Part shown: piece after piece, positions 1 to 10,514 of the stretch
Layout of the letters: the number at the start of each line of letters is the position of its first letter
How positions within the stretch are numbered: position 1 is the first letter of the stretch
Source: Verrucomicrobiota bacterium
GTDB taxonomy: Bacteria; Verrucomicrobiota; Verrucomicrobiia; Opitutales; Coraliomargaritaceae
Length of the DNA: 64,000 nucleotides
Direction: 5' to 3'
Assembly: GCA_039815375.1 (NCBI GenBank)
Contig: JBCBZJ010000001.1
Span: 64,001 to 128,000, forward strand
Program-made: the position numbers and the translations under genes
Notes under the pieces: generated by a model
Told to the model about the DNA's origin: nothing
What the model saw: only the letters and a program-made list of their open reading frames with translations
The model's database searches: none

Positions 1-1374
1 CTTGCCGAACTCAATCGAATGATCGGTGACTGCTACTTTATGAATAAGGATTACGGCAATGCAGTCGATTTTTATCAAGCTGCCAGAACGTCTTCGTCAG
101 ATTCGAATGTAGGTGTGTCCACTTTTCTTCGGCTCGTGATTGCTGAAATCCGCTCCGGAATGATCGATGCTGCTCTAGCCCATCTGGATGAAGCCGACTT
201 TGGTGGGTCGATGGACGTTGCAGACCGTTGGCGTGCGGAATGGAATATAGCGCAAGCGCTTCAATCGGATGGTAATTCGTCACTCGCATTAGACCGTATT
301 CGATCGTTGTTGTCTTCTCAGGATACTGGCCCTGTGCCTGCAGCTCTCGATATGCGTCTGCGTTGGTTAGAAGCGCATCTCAGTTTGTTCTCCGGAGCAG
401 AAGGTGTCCAAACACGGGTTGGATCGATCATCGCCCGCCTGGATTCTTTGCCGCCAGATGCACTTGGTGCGAGTGAGGCGTTTTTGCTTAAGGCTGAGTT
501 ACTGCTTTTAGAGGCACAGGCAAGCCTTCGATCGAGTGAAGCTAGCAATGGCTTTGAAGCCATTCGACAGCTTCGTGATTCGTTTCCAACAAGCACTGCC
601 GCAGAGCGCTCTTATTTCGTCGAAGCAAGTTACCATGCTGGACTTGGTGACTTTCTCTCGGCGCAACAGATACTGGCCGAATACATTTCTGAATACCCTG
701 ACAGCACTCTTGCCCCTCAGGCTCTCTTTCAAGCCTCGCTCCACTGTGAAAGGCGCGGGCCCGACAATTATCCGGAGGCAGTCCTACTACTTGATCAAAT
801 TGTGCAAGACTACTCAGATAGTGCACTCGTCTATCAGGCTAGTCTCAGACAGGGTGATCTACTTCGATTAATGAATGATTTTGCGGGTGCACAGTTGATC
901 TACGAGAACCTGGTAAATGCCTACCCCAGCCACGAACTTCAATACCTGGCCGAGCTGTCCCGTGCAGATTGTATCGCCGCATTATCACAAGGAGATGCAA
1001 CTCAGCTGCTTGAGGCGACGTCTGTTCTTGAGCGATTGGTTGATATGCCCGGCCTGCCTGCAGACTTCCAAGTTGAGGCTGGACACAAATGGGGGATGAT
1101 GTTGCGAAGACAGGGCAAAGCTGATGATGCGCGTGAGATCTTTAGTCTTATCGCTACTCGTTATATGCTGGACGCACAAAATGCGCTGGGGCTAGGCTCT
1201 GTGGGTCGCTACTGGCTTTCTAGGACTGCTTTTTCGCTTGGCGATATGCTTGAGAATGTCGGTGAAATTGAAGAAGCCAAGCGGCTCTATCGCAAAATGG
1301 TGGCTTTTAATTTACCCGGTAGAAACTTGGCTTTGACGCGAGTCGAGCAGCTACAAATAAGTGAGAGCCGCTAG
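1..1374 (+). CDS. Tetratricopeptide-repeat protein (5' partial, frame open from window start)
   Basis: Repeated TPR-like helical pairs (e.g. YPDSTLAPQALFQA, YSDSALVYQASLRQGDLL); frame 1 has no stop before the ATG at 19; upstream of exbB/exbD-like genes. Confidence 0.75.
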   Translation, partial: LAELNRMIGDCYFMNKDYGNAVDFYQAARTSSSDSNVGVSTFLRLVIAEIRSGMIDAALAHLDEADFGGSMDVADRWRAEWNIAQALQSDGNSSLALDRIRSLLSSQDTGPVPAALDMRLRWLEAHLSLFSGAEGVQTRVGSIIARLDSLPPDALGASEAFLLKAELLLLEAQASLRSSEASNGFEAIRQLRDSFPTSTAAERSYFVEASYHAGLGDFLSAQQILAEYISEYPDSTLAPQALFQASLHCERRGPDNYPEAVLLLDQIVQDYSDSALVYQASLRQGDLLRLMNDFAGAQLIYENLVNAYPSHELQYLAELSRADCIAALSQGDATQLLEATSVLERLVDMPGLPADFQVEAGHKWGMMLRRQGKADDAREIFSLIATRYMLDAQNALGLGSVGRYWLSRTAFSLGDMLENVGEIEEAKRLYRKMVAFNLPGRNLALTRVEQLQISESR

Positions 1375-1391
1375 ACTAGAAATTAAAGAAT

Positions 1392-2051
1392 ATGGATTTT
1401 TTACAGCACAACTTCATCCTGCAGGGTGGTCCGGTGATGTATCCCTTGCTCATCACCAGTGTGTTCGGTTTCGTCATTTTTATCGAGAGGACGCTCTTTT
1501 TGCACAAGGGCCAGATTGGGACGGAAGACTTTGTAAGTGGCATTAAGAATCTAGTTCGTAAGAAACGTCTAGTTGAGGCGCTTACGCTTTGTGAGGATAC
1601 ACCCGGGCCATTGGCACGTATCGTGAAGTCAGCTCTCTTGAATTACGGCGAATCGAGGGAAAGTATTCGCATGGCGATTCAGGGAGCAGCGATTGTCGAG
1701 ATTCCTTTCTTGGAAAGGAGAATTGGGGCGATTGCCACCCTGGCACGAGTGGCTCCGATGTTGGGCTTCCTTGGAACTTTAGTTTCAGCTCTTCAGGCGC
1801 TTTATTTTCTGGAAGCAGCAAATGCTGATAGCGGAGAGTTTAGCCGACTCTTGGCTGAGGCATTGATTACTTCAGCATCAGGCCTCGCTATCGCAGTAAT
1901 GGCTGTTCTTGCTCACCACTTCCTACAGGGCCGTGTGCGCGCACTGGTTCATGATTTTGAATGGGTGGGGCATGAGATTTTTGAGTTTCTGACAACGGAT
2001 CCGAATCTCCTTGATGACATGCCAAAGTCTCCGGAAGACGCAGACAAATGA
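1392..2051 (+). CDS. MotA/TolQ/ExbB proton channel family protein
   Basis: GGPVMYPL N-terminus, APMLGFLGT and ALITSASGLAIAV TM motifs. Confidence 0.9.
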   Translation: MDFLQHNFILQGGPVMYPLLITSVFGFVIFIERTLFLHKGQIGTEDFVSGIKNLVRKKRLVEALTLCEDTPGPLARIVKSALLNYGESRESIRMAIQGAAIVEIPFLERRIGAIATLARVAPMLGFLGTLVSALQALYFLEAANADSGEFSRLLAEALITSASGLAIAVMAVLAHHFLQGRVRALVHDFEWVGHEIFEFLTTDPNLLDDMPKSPEDADK

Positions 2052-2581
2052 GCCAAAACGTAGAGAATCTTCATCCTAAAGGTCAGTCCTTCGCTCAACC
2101 CATGGGCTTAGTTGACCGCTTGCAACGCATCGACACTCGTTTGGATTTTGTGCCTATTCTCGACATCGCTGTTATCGCCATGCTTGTCAGCTTGCTTTTC
2201 ACTCGATTCGTCCTGTTACCTGGCGTTCGTGTTGACCTTCCCGTAACTGAGATGCGCATGCAACATTCGCAGAAGCCGGTTGCAATTCTCACAATTGGTA
2301 ACAATGGGATGTTGTTCTTTGATGGGAGCCTCTACGATGTTGGCTCGATTGAGCGAGGCTTTGTTCGCTTTATTGATTCGAGTGGGCGCTCTGACGTGGT
2401 CCTGCTAATCAAAGCAGAGTCATCTCTGGATTTGCAGGCCTTTCTTGAGCTCTGTGAGTTTGCAAAGAACGCCGGATTTGTTCAGGTCCAGCTTGCTGGA
2501 AAAAAAGATGGCCAGATGGAGAACATTATGCGGATAGATCCTGTGCAGTCAGGTAGCGATTTTACTATTCCTGTATTCTAA
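2048..2581 (+). CDS. ExbD/TolR biopolymer transporter family protein
   Basis: FVPILDIAVIAMLVSLL TM with conserved Asp, VDLP motif, VLLIKAE; overlaps the exbB-like gene. Confidence 0.85.
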   Translation: MSQNVENLHPKGQSFAQPMGLVDRLQRIDTRLDFVPILDIAVIAMLVSLLFTRFVLLPGVRVDLPVTEMRMQHSQKPVAILTIGNNGMLFFDGSLYDVGSIERGFVRFIDSSGRSDVVLLIKAESSLDLQAFLELCEFAKNAGFVQVQLAGKKDGQMENIMRIDPVQSGSDFTIPVF

Positions 2582-3360
2582 TGAAGCCAGGACTCTCAGG
2601 GGATTCAGACAGAGGTGGACGAGCCAAGCTTTTTTCGCCTGTTTTAAGGTGGGCACTTCTACTTGGGGTCTTGGTTCATCTTGCGGGCTTCTGGTTGTTT
2701 CGGGTTGTCTCTAATTCCCTGCCTGAACGGTTAGACCAGCCACCGTTTCTTAGCTTTCTCGATGATCAGTCTCTTATTGATGACGTGGGGCTGGAAGAGC
2801 AAGCGATGCTCTTTGATACGGCACCTCTATTTATACCGGGATACTGGAGTGCGGCTTCGGCAGCCTTACCTCAGCAACTGAATCCGGCTTCTAACGTCTT
2901 TTCTGATTTTGAACCGGAGATTGATCTGCTCGCAGAGTTACAACCGCCCCGTATCTTTTTGTCTGGTGACTTTGAGGTTGAAGAACCAGAGGATCTTTTG
3001 GATCTGCGCTTTTGGCGTCTGTTCCAGCACTTCGGCCAAAGAGATACGATTGCGCCCGCCTTCGAAAATTGGGAAGCATTTGCAGAAGTAGAAGTAATCG
3101 ATAGTTCCGGTGCAAATACAGGTGATGAAGTCAGGACTTATTCAGTCGATTTTGAGCCATCTGTGACAGTTTCAGTTGCCGAACGGCCTGTTATTTTTCA
3201 TCTTGGAGTTTCTATGCCTGGTCTGCCGATCGGCAGACCGGTGATGAAGCAATCCTCTGGAGTCAATGAAGTCGATGTAGCAGCTGAACGATGGCTCCTG
3301 CGTCCGGATGTTCTGGGCAGCATGCCAGCTGGATATTTGGAGGTTCGCTGTTATCTTTAG
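2581..3360 (+). CDS. Membrane-anchored protein, possible TonB-like energy transducer
   Basis: N-terminal TM with LVH motif and C-terminal QSSG..EVDVAA resembling a TonB C-domain; follows exbBD. Confidence 0.5.
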   Translation: MKPGLSGDSDRGGRAKLFSPVLRWALLLGVLVHLAGFWLFRVVSNSLPERLDQPPFLSFLDDQSLIDDVGLEEQAMLFDTAPLFIPGYWSAASAALPQQLNPASNVFSDFEPEIDLLAELQPPRIFLSGDFEVEEPEDLLDLRFWRLFQHFGQRDTIAPAFENWEAFAEVEVIDSSGANTGDEVRTYSVDFEPSVTVSVAERPVIFHLGVSMPGLPIGRPVMKQSSGVNEVDVAAERWLLRPDVLGSMPAGYLEVRCYL

Positions 3361-3407
3361 CGATTCTCTGTTGCGGGTTGTTGCATGTCGCGGCTATTTT
3401 TTAATCT

Positions 3408-3887
3408 ATGAAAAAGTCGGACCAAGAGGGCATTTTAGATAAGCTTGAAGCGCTTACCCAGTCTTGGCCTGGTCGCCCGTCGTGGGACACTTACTTTATG
3501 GCCACGGCTATGCTCATGGCCACCCGTTCAAGCTGCGAGCGACTGCATGTTGGTTGTGTGATCGTATCAGGTGGCGATCAGAAGAATCGGATCGTTGCTG
3601 CAGGCTACAATGGTTTTCTGCCGGGAGCGCCACACACATCAAGAGTTCGAGATGGTCATGAACAAGCGACAGTTCATGCCGAGCAAAATGCTATTAGCGA
3701 TGCAGCCCGGCGTGGTGTATCACTGGATGGGGCTACAGTCTATATCACGCACTTCCCTTGTATCAATTGTGCTAAGATTATGGCTGCGGCCGGTATTCGT
3801 GCGATCAAGTATCACCGGGATTACCGTAACGATGAGATCGCTCAGGAGTTGCTCCGTGAGAGTGGAGTCTCAATCGAGCAACTTTAG
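3408..3887 (+). CDS. dCMP deaminase (ComEB-like)
   Basis: WDTYFM, HAEQNAI and PCINC zinc-deaminase motifs. Confidence 0.9.
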   Translation: MKKSDQEGILDKLEALTQSWPGRPSWDTYFMATAMLMATRSSCERLHVGCVIVSGGDQKNRIVAAGYNGFLPGAPHTSRVRDGHEQATVHAEQNAISDAARRGVSLDGATVYITHFPCINCAKIMAAAGIRAIKYHRDYRNDEIAQELLRESGVSIEQL

Positions 3888-3892
3888 GATCG

Positions 3893-4468
3893 ATGCGCCT
3901 CAACGAACAAGGTCACTTTTTCGATGAATCTATGCCTGGAGCAGGAACCATTCTGGTGGCACACCCTTCGATGCATGATCCTAACTTCGCCCGAACTGTA
4001 GTTTTTCTAACAGTTCATAATCCAGCGCAGGGTTCCTTGGGTGTTGTGGTGAATCGTGCACTTGAAAAAACTCTTGGCGAATATGATCCGGAGTTGACCG
4101 ACTCACCATTGGCAGATGTCCCCTTGTATGAAGGAGGCCCTGTCGCATCGGATAAACTCATCCTCGCTGCTTGGAAGTGGATTGAAGATGAAAGCACCTT
4201 CAGACTTTACTTCGGAATCGATGGTGAAAAAGCTGAGAAAATACTTAAAGAGGACCCTGAGTTTGAAATTCGTGGATTTATGGGACATGCCGGTTGGAGT
4301 GAAGGCCAGTTGGATGCGGAGTTGGATCAGGGTGCATGGGTCATGTCCGGGTGGCTTCCCGAGCTACAAAAAAAGCATGGCGAAGCGGTCTGGCGGAGTA
4401 TTCTGTGTCATGAAAATCCGGCCATGAGGGTGCTTACGGATGTTCCCGAAGACCCTTCAGTGAACTGA
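3893..4468 (+). CDS. YqgE/AlgH (UPF0301) family protein
   Basis: [24 protein letters not shown]...GAW, terminal DPSVN. Confidence 0.9.
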   Translation: MRLNEQGHFFDESMPGAGTILVAHPSMHDPNFARTVVFLTVHNPAQGSLGVVVNRALEKTLGEYDPELTDSPLADVPLYEGGPVASDKLILAAWKWIEDESTFRLYFGIDGEKAEKILKEDPEFEIRGFMGHAGWSEGQLDAELDQGAWVMSGWLPELQKKHGEAVWRSILCHENPAMRVLTDVPEDPSVN

Positions 4469-4526
4469 ATTTTGTGCTGGAAAAGCTGAGGATTATTTCC
4501 TCCTTTGCCATTGACAGGGTAGAGCA

Positions 4527-4557
<31 letters not shown>

Positions 4558-4563
4558 CCCGTC

Positions 4564-4689
4564 ATGAAAGTAGTATCTTCACTTAAATCTCTCAAAGACC
4601 GCCACCCAGACTGTCAGGTTGTCCGCCGGAAGGGTCGTGTCTACGTAATTTGTAAGTCCAACCCGCGCTTCAAGGCACGTCAGGGCTAA
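4564..4689 (+). CDS. rpmJ: 50S ribosomal protein L36 (zinc-free type B)
   Basis: [44 protein letters not shown] at 4564. Confidence 0.95.
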   Translation: MKVVSSLKSLKDRHPDCQVVRRKGRVYVICKSNPRFKARQG

Positions 4690-4708
4690 TATTTATAAGG
4701 AATAACAC

Positions 4709-4954
4709 GTGAAAGCTGAAATCCATCCCAAGCTAAATCCAGTGGCCTTTGTGGACGTGTCCACAGGCCATAAGTTCCTTACCCGCTCCACAATGCGCGG
4801 AAGCAAAACTGAGACAATTGATGGCGTAGAGCATCAAGTCGTCATATGCGATATCACAGCTGATTCGCATCCTGCGTATACTGGTGAAAAACGCTTTGTC
4901 GATACAGCTGGTCGAGTCGAGAAGTTCCAGTCGAAGTTTCGCCGCCGCCGCTAG
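4709..4954 (+). CDS. rpmE2: 50S ribosomal protein L31 type B
   Basis: MKAEIHP...SHPAYTG..RFVDTAGRVEKF; AAGGA RBS; GTG start. Confidence 0.93.
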   Translation: MKAEIHPKLNPVAFVDVSTGHKFLTRSTMRGSKTETIDGVEHQVVICDITADSHPAYTGEKRFVDTAGRVEKFQSKFRRRR

Positions 4955-4976
4955 TATTGCAGCAGTTTCTATTTTT

Positions 4977-5006
4977 AAAGCCCACTCTGAAGAGTGGGCT
5001 TTTTTG
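4977..5006 (+). terminator. Rho-independent terminator after L31 (possibly bidirectional with convergent comEC)
   Basis: aaagcccactct-ga-agagtgggctttttt hairpin plus U-tract. Confidence 0.85.
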
Positions 5007-5016
5007 TTCTTTGGAC

Positions 5017-6663
5017 CTAAAGGAATGACATTCCGCACAAGAGCGACGCTAGCACAATGGCTCCCGGCAGCAGGAAGCGAAGCATGGGTCGAGTCTTCGT
5101 CTTTATTGTGGTAAGAAAAATGAGGCTGAAATAGGACAGGACACTCATATAACTGATGAGCTTTGGAAAACCCGAGCACTCGATAATCGCACCGGGGATG
5201 CCGAGGTTTAGTTGAATCAGTCCATCCATCATACTAATGCCCAACCATGCGGCATGATTGAGAAACGCAGTCATCCCGTGCCACCCGATTGTTGCTAAGG
5301 AAAGTGATATGACACCTGTGCTGATGACGAGAGCCGCCAGATTCACCAACAGCATATTTACGAATATCGCATATGGCGCAATATAGCCGAAAAATCCCGC
5401 ACTCAGCGGAGCACTTGCCAACCATGCCGAGAGGCTGATGGCCAAGAGCATCACTGCTCTATCGCCGAGCCAGGAGGTTGCTTTTTGGAATGGGGTCCAA
5501 TCCGATTCCGGCAGATACTTGTAGGGTCGGATTCTTTGCCATAGAGAGGCATACAAGGGTAGCCCAAAAAGTAGAATACTCAGCACAACAAGGTAGGAGA
5601 GCTGAAATCCCATTTGCCAGAGTTGACCCGGCTGGATGACTAAAACGAATATCGCTGACGCAGCTAGTGCTGCGAGAGGCGACCGTTGCCGCCGAAGCCC
5701 GAGCCCGAGCCAGAAGAAAGTTACCATCAAGAAGGCACGAACGGCCGATGGCGCAGCGCCTGTGATCTCAACATAGAAGTAGAGTAGGGGAAGCCCAATG
5801 AATGGGCGGACGCTGGTCGGCAATCGGATCATGAGCAAGGTCTGTGCGATTACTGCTGCGACGACGCCGATGTGCAGCCCGCTAATTGCGAAAAGATGCA
5901 TTGTGCCCGTCATGCGAAAGCGGTCCTCCTGCTCGCTCGTTAATTCTGTCTTCAAGCCAAGTATCATGGCAATATAGATTCGGCTTAGGTCGCGTTCACC
6001 GGGCTCTCCGAGCCGAAGGTAATCCTGAAATCTCTGATTTACACTTCTACACAGATTGAAAAAAATCGGGGTCTCTTTGAGTGCTTCTGTTGCACTGGTC
6101 CGTTCGAAGCGGTGATTGACGCCGATACTTTGAAGATATCTCCCGAAAGACTCTCCGCCTTCATCTACTTTTACAGGCGAGAGCACTCCTTTGGTTCTGA
6201 TTTGCATTCCGCGCCCGATGTTAAGGGCAGAGGTGTCTTCTTTCGATAATCGGAAGTAGACACGATTACGCTTCGATAGACGACTTGTCGAAGATGCTTC
6301 TAAAACATGAGCGATGCCAGTGGCTTTACCGAAGCTGTTCTCTGCCTGCATGACACGCTCGATTTCAAGGACGAGCTCGGCTTCTCTGGGCGGCAATTCA
6401 CAATCCCGATCTATTTTGAAAGGAAGTCGAATGCTGCCGTAGGTCCAGAAACCAAGAGCTGTTGCGAAGATAAAAGTGGCAAGCCAAAGTTTTTGCCGAT
6501 CAATAATTGCAGACAAAAGCGACAAAGCCCCAAATACGATTGCAAGCAGAAGCCCGATTGACGCCGCTATTGTAACGTATCTGGATAGGATTAGCCCTGC
6601 TATGATTCCGATAAGTGCCACCAGTGCGGGTGCGCGTTGTGGAATCTGATTGGTGGTATCCAT
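5017..6663 (-). CDS. comEC: ComEC/Rec2 competence membrane protein (no C-terminal beta-lactamase domain)
   Basis: GTMHLFAISGLH, PSAVRA and GFQLSY motifs; many TM segments. Confidence 0.9.
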   Translation of the reverse strand: MDTTNQIPQRAPALVALIGIIAGLILSRYVTIAASIGLLLAIVFGALSLLSAIIDRQKLWLATFIFATALGFWTYGSIRLPFKIDRDCELPPREAELVLEIERVMQAENSFGKATGIAHVLEASSTSRLSKRNRVYFRLSKEDTSALNIGRGMQIRTKGVLSPVKVDEGGESFGRYLQSIGVNHRFERTSATEALKETPIFFNLCRSVNQRFQDYLRLGEPGERDLSRIYIAMILGLKTELTSEQEDRFRMTGTMHLFAISGLHIGVVAAVIAQTLLMIRLPTSVRPFIGLPLLYFYVEITGAAPSAVRAFLMVTFFWLGLGLRRQRSPLAALAASAIFVLVIQPGQLWQMGFQLSYLVVLSILLFGLPLYASLWQRIRPYKYLPESDWTPFQKATSWLGDRAVMLLAISLSAWLASAPLSAGFFGYIAPYAIFVNMLLVNLAALVISTGVISLSLATIGWHGMTAFLNHAAWLGISMMDGLIQLNLGIPGAIIECSGFPKLISYMSVLSYFSLIFLTTIKTKTRPMLRFLLPGAIVLASLLCGMSFL

Positions 6664-6742
6664 TTTTTTAATCGTTAGCTGGTAGGATTAGGAAAGCCGC
6701 TTCAAACTTGCAAGGTCGCATGCCTGCCCCGAATCTTAAGGT

Positions 6743-8086
6743 ATGTCGGCAGATCATGAGCAGGCTGATATTTTTCAAACCGCCGAGTTGGACGACGCTG
6801 CCAAAGCGGTCCGGCCACTTGCGGTCCGGATGCGTCCTCGCCACCTTAATGAAGTCATCGGGCAAGACCATATTGTTGGTGAAGGCTGCTTGCTGCCTCG
6901 TCTTATCCAGGCCGATAACTTTGGAAGCCTGATTTTCTATGGCCCGCCGGGTTGCGGAAAGACATCGCTTGCAGAAGTCATTGCCTCTGAGACAAAGAGT
7001 AAATTTGTGCGCATCAATGCGGTTCTATCGAACGTGGCAGAGCTTCGAGACATCCTGCGCTTAGCGAGATACGAAACCGAGAAGCGCACGATTCTATTTA
7101 TTGATGAGATTCACCGATTTAATAAGTCGCAGCAGGACCTCCTTTTGCCTGATGTGGAGGATGGAAACATACGTCTTATTGGGGCTACTACTCATAATCC
7201 AGGCTTCTATGTAAATGCGCCACTTCTTAGCCGCAGCCATTTGTTTCGTCTCGAACCTGTCGATGTCGAAGCTGTGATGTCTGTTCTCGAAAAAGCGCTT
7301 TCCGAACCGGATCGGGGTCTTGGTAACCAGCGTTGCACCGCAGAGGCAAAGGTTTACCGAGCGGTGGCCGAGTTTTCAGGAGGCGATTTGCGCCGTGCCT
7401 TAAATGCCCTCGAAACTCTTGTTATGAGTCAGCCTTTAGGGGCGCATATCGATGGCGAAGCAGTCCAAGTGTATGCCCGGGAAAGACAGATCCGCTATGA
7501 CCGTAATGAGGATGAACACTACGATCATGCATCAGCGATGATTAAGAGCATCCGTGGCTCCGACCCCGACGCAGCGATCTATTGGACTTTTAAAATGCTC
7601 CAGGGTGGCGAGGATCCACGCTTTCTTGCGCGCCGCTTGGTTATTCTTGCTTCGGAAGATATAGGCCTGGCAAATTCCCATGCTTTGACCGTCGCGGTTG
7701 CCGCTTTTGAGGCCTGCGAGAAAATTGGCCTGCCGGAGTGTGAATACAGTTTAGCACACGCCGTTCTCTATTTGGCAACTTCGCCGAAAAGTAACTCGAC
7801 AACCCGCGCCATGGCTGCGGTAAAAAAGACCCTCCGCGAAAGGCCTGTTCAGTCTGTTCCACTTTGGTTGCGTGACGCCCATACCAAAACGAACAAATCG
7901 CTTGGGCATGGGAAAGGCTATCTTTACAGCCACGACTTTCCTCATGCGATTTCAGGCCAGGAATATATGCTGAATCCGGAGCGGTTTTACGAGCCGGGGC
8001 AGGCTGGTGCTGAAGCTGTAACTGCTGAGCGATTGCAAAAAATCCGCGAGATTAAGGCGCGCATTCAGAAAGAATCACAGGATTGA
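6743..8086 (+). CDS. rarA: Replication-associated recombination protein A (MgsA/RarA AAA+ ATPase)
   Basis: PLAVRMRP, GPPGCGKT, FIDEIHRFNKSQQD, KSIRGSDPDAA, ASEDIG. Confidence 0.95.
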   Translation: MSADHEQADIFQTAELDDAAKAVRPLAVRMRPRHLNEVIGQDHIVGEGCLLPRLIQADNFGSLIFYGPPGCGKTSLAEVIASETKSKFVRINAVLSNVAELRDILRLARYETEKRTILFIDEIHRFNKSQQDLLLPDVEDGNIRLIGATTHNPGFYVNAPLLSRSHLFRLEPVDVEAVMSVLEKALSEPDRGLGNQRCTAEAKVYRAVAEFSGGDLRRALNALETLVMSQPLGAHIDGEAVQVYARERQIRYDRNEDEHYDHASAMIKSIRGSDPDAAIYWTFKMLQGGEDPRFLARRLVILASEDIGLANSHALTVAVAAFEACEKIGLPECEYSLAHAVLYLATSPKSNSTTRAMAAVKKTLRERPVQSVPLWLRDAHTKTNKSLGHGKGYLYSHDFPHAISGQEYMLNPERFYEPGQAGAEAVTAERLQKIREIKARIQKESQD

Positions 8087-8117
8087 ACTCTTTTCCACGT
8101 CAACTAGTCTACTCTGC

Positions 8118-8576
8118 ATGAGGAAATGGATTTACGCCTGTTGCCTGACTGCGACATCGTTTTTGCTGGCGCAGGATGAGGAAACTCAACTTGAGCCGAC
8201 AGAGCCCCCCTATGAGGTCGGTGCTCTGCCAATTGAGGGTGGTTATCTCATTGAGCGCGAAGACGCACCAAATTTGAGTTTTCGTATTATTGAAAACAAT
8301 ATACGCCTATACTGGCTTGATGACGAGGGGCTGATTATTGAGCCCGAACTAGACCGTGCGACCGTTCGTTTCAGGCGCGATGCACGTGGGCGTGACTACT
8401 TTTTGCTCAGTCGACTTGAAGATGATACCGCGCTAGGTTCGCCCTACCCAGTGTTTAAGCCACATCTTCACCATGTGTTTCTCGTGCTTATCTCTAATGA
8501 AGATGAGGACCCGGAGAGGCACCACTTCCGTTTCACACCCTCAATGAGTGCTGTAGCTGATTCAGGTGAAGAGTAG
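8118..8576 (+). CDS. Hypothetical exported protein
   Basis: Signal-peptide-like N-terminus; fills the gap between co-oriented genes. Confidence 0.65.
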   Translation: MRKWIYACCLTATSFLLAQDEETQLEPTEPPYEVGALPIEGGYLIEREDAPNLSFRIIENNIRLYWLDDEGLIIEPELDRATVRFRRDARGRDYFLLSRLEDDTALGSPYPVFKPHLHHVFLVLISNEDEDPERHHFRFTPSMSAVADSGEE

Positions 8577-8596
8577 TCGGAAACCAGAGTAAACCG

Positions 8597-9043
8597 ATGA
8601 ACTATAAACGTCTTTTCAAGACTTGGATCCTGCTGGCAGTTGGTGTGACTATCGCAGCTCATACCGCTAAGGGCATACACTACGACAGCATGGGTGCTCT
8701 GGTCGTTGCCGTCTTGCTCCTGAGTTTGTGCAACATGGTTATCAAACCTGCCCTGATGCTTTTCTCGCTCCCTTTCATCATTTTGACATTTGGTATCGGA
8801 ATATGGCTGATTAACGCATTGCTGTTCCTACTTGTAGGCCAAATTGTTGTCGGCTTTCATGTCGCTACTTTTTGGAACGCGCTTTGGGGTGCTCTGGTTG
8901 TCAGTCTGACCGGTGTTGTTGCGAATTTGCTCTTTGGTGGTAGCCGAGTAAGAGTTCAGGTGAACACTGGAACTCAGGCTAATTCCAATCCCGCCTCTAA
9001 GCGGCACACACCACTCAGAGATGACGATGTAATCGATATCTAG
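8597..9043 (+). CDS. 4-TM phage-holin-like membrane protein (YvlD/superfamily IV)
   Basis: NMVIKP.L...SLPF.ILTFG....INA pattern, FWNALWGA. Confidence 0.8.
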   Translation: MNYKRLFKTWILLAVGVTIAAHTAKGIHYDSMGALVVAVLLLSLCNMVIKPALMLFSLPFIILTFGIGIWLINALLFLLVGQIVVGFHVATFWNALWGALVVSLTGVVANLLFGGSRVRVQVNTGTQANSNPASKRHTPLRDDDVIDI

Positions 9044-9116
9044 CACGCTGAGCGAATTGCATTCGCTGCTTTACCTTCACTGACTTTCCTCTTTTCTCAC
9101 GTTTTCTCATTTTATC

Positions 9117-10514
9117 ATGTCTTCTACTACGAAATACGATCTCGTTGTTATCGGCGGTGGCCCTGCGGGCTACGCAGCCGCAATCCGTGCGGGCCAGCTG
9201 GGTAAGAAAGTGGCCTGTGTTGAGCAAGAGCGCCCCGGGGGCACTTGCTTGAACTGGGGTTGCATTCCTTCGAAGGCTCTACTGAAGAGTGCAGAGCTCT
9301 ATAACAAACTACAGCATAGCGAAGATCTTGGAATTTCGGTCAAAGGGCTCGATTACGATTTTTCAAAGATCATCGGGCGCTCACGGGAAGTGGCCGGCAC
9401 TATGGCCAAGGGAGTCGGCTTTCTCTTTAAGAAGAACAAGGTTGATCATGTTGTTGGCACAGGAATGATTTCCGTTCCAGGCATGGTCGAGGTCACGGAT
9501 GGGCCCGATAAGGGCAAAATTCTGTCAGCCGACAGGATTCTGATAGCAACCGGCTGCAAACCTCGTCGCCTGCCAGACCTCGAAGTTGACGGCGAACGTG
9601 TGATGACTTCACGCCAGGCGCTGGAGATGAAGAAGCAGCCTGATTCCGTTGTGATTGTCGGTGCAGGTGCGATCGGTGCGGAGTTTGCCTATTTTCTCAA
9701 TGCCTTTGGCACTAAGGTCACACTTGTCGAAATGCTTGATCAAGTTCTTCCTGTTGAAGACCATGAGACAGCTGCCGTTGTCCAGCGCGCTTTTAAGCAA
9801 AACGGCATCGACTGTCGCACTTCGACAGCAGTGGAGAATATCGAGGTCGATGCCAAGTCTGTGAAGATGGACCTTGTCAAAGGTGATACGAAGGAGCCGA
9901 TCACTGCAGATTCGATACTTCTGGCTATTGGTGTTGTCGCCAACACGGACGGCCTTCTTTCCTCGCGTGTGAAGCTCAACCTGGACCGAGGCTACGTAAA
10001 GGTAAACGACAACTATGAGTCTTCCGTCAAGGGTATCTACGCTGCGGGTGACATTATCGGCCCACCTTGGCTAGCCCATGTGGCAACCTACGAGGCGATC
10101 CAGGCAGTGAACGGTATGTTCGGCCATGGTACGCCGGAACGGGTTACTGACTTCCCAGGTTGCACATACTGCCTCCCGCAGGTTGCTTCGATTGGTAAGA
10201 CTGAAAAAAAGCTCAAGGAAGAGGGTATCGATTACAAGGTCGGCAAGTTTCCGTTTCAGGCATCAGGTAAAGCAGTTGCCTCCAATCAACCGGAAGGTTT
10301 CGTCAAGCTTCTCGTAGATTCGAAGTATGGTGAGATCCTTGGTGCGCATATCGTGGGATCAGACGCCACGGAAATGATCGCTGAGTATGGTCTGGGCATG
10401 AAGCTAGAAGCCACCGCCGAGGAAATCCATAATACGATCCACGCGCACCCTACGCTTAGTGAAGCGATGATGGAAGCAGCCGCTGCGGTTTTTGGCGAAG
10501 CGATTCATATCTAG
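9117..10514 (+). CDS. lpdA: Dihydrolipoamide dehydrogenase
   Basis: GGGPAGY, GGTCLNWGCIPSK redox disulfide, HAHPTLSE. Confidence 0.97.
   Translation: MSSTTKYDLVVIGGGPAGYAAAIRAGQLGKKVACVEQERPGGTCLNWGCIPSKALLKSAELYNKLQHSEDLGISVKGLDYDFSKIIGRSREVAGTMAKGVGFLFKKNKVDHVVGTGMISVPGMVEVTDGPDKGKILSADRILIATGCKPRRLPDLEVDGERVMTSRQALEMKKQPDSVVIVGAGAIGAEFAYFLNAFGTKVTLVEMLDQVLPVEDHETAAVVQRAFKQNGIDCRTSTAVENIEVDAKSVKMDLVKGDTKEPITADSILLAIGVVANTDGLLSSRVKLNLDRGYVKVNDNYESSVKGIYAAGDIIGPPWLAHVATYEAIQAVNGMFGHGTPERVTDFPGCTYCLPQVASIGKTEKKLKEEGIDYKVGKFPFQASGKAVASNQPEGFVKLLVDSKYGEILGAHIVGSDATEMIAEYGLGMKLEATAEEIHNTIHAHPTLSEAMMEAAAAVFGEAIHI

Noticed and set aside
8597..9043. Holin-family gene as evidence of a prophage
   Set aside because: The family is commonly chromosomal; neighbours are rarA and lpdA, with no phage genes.
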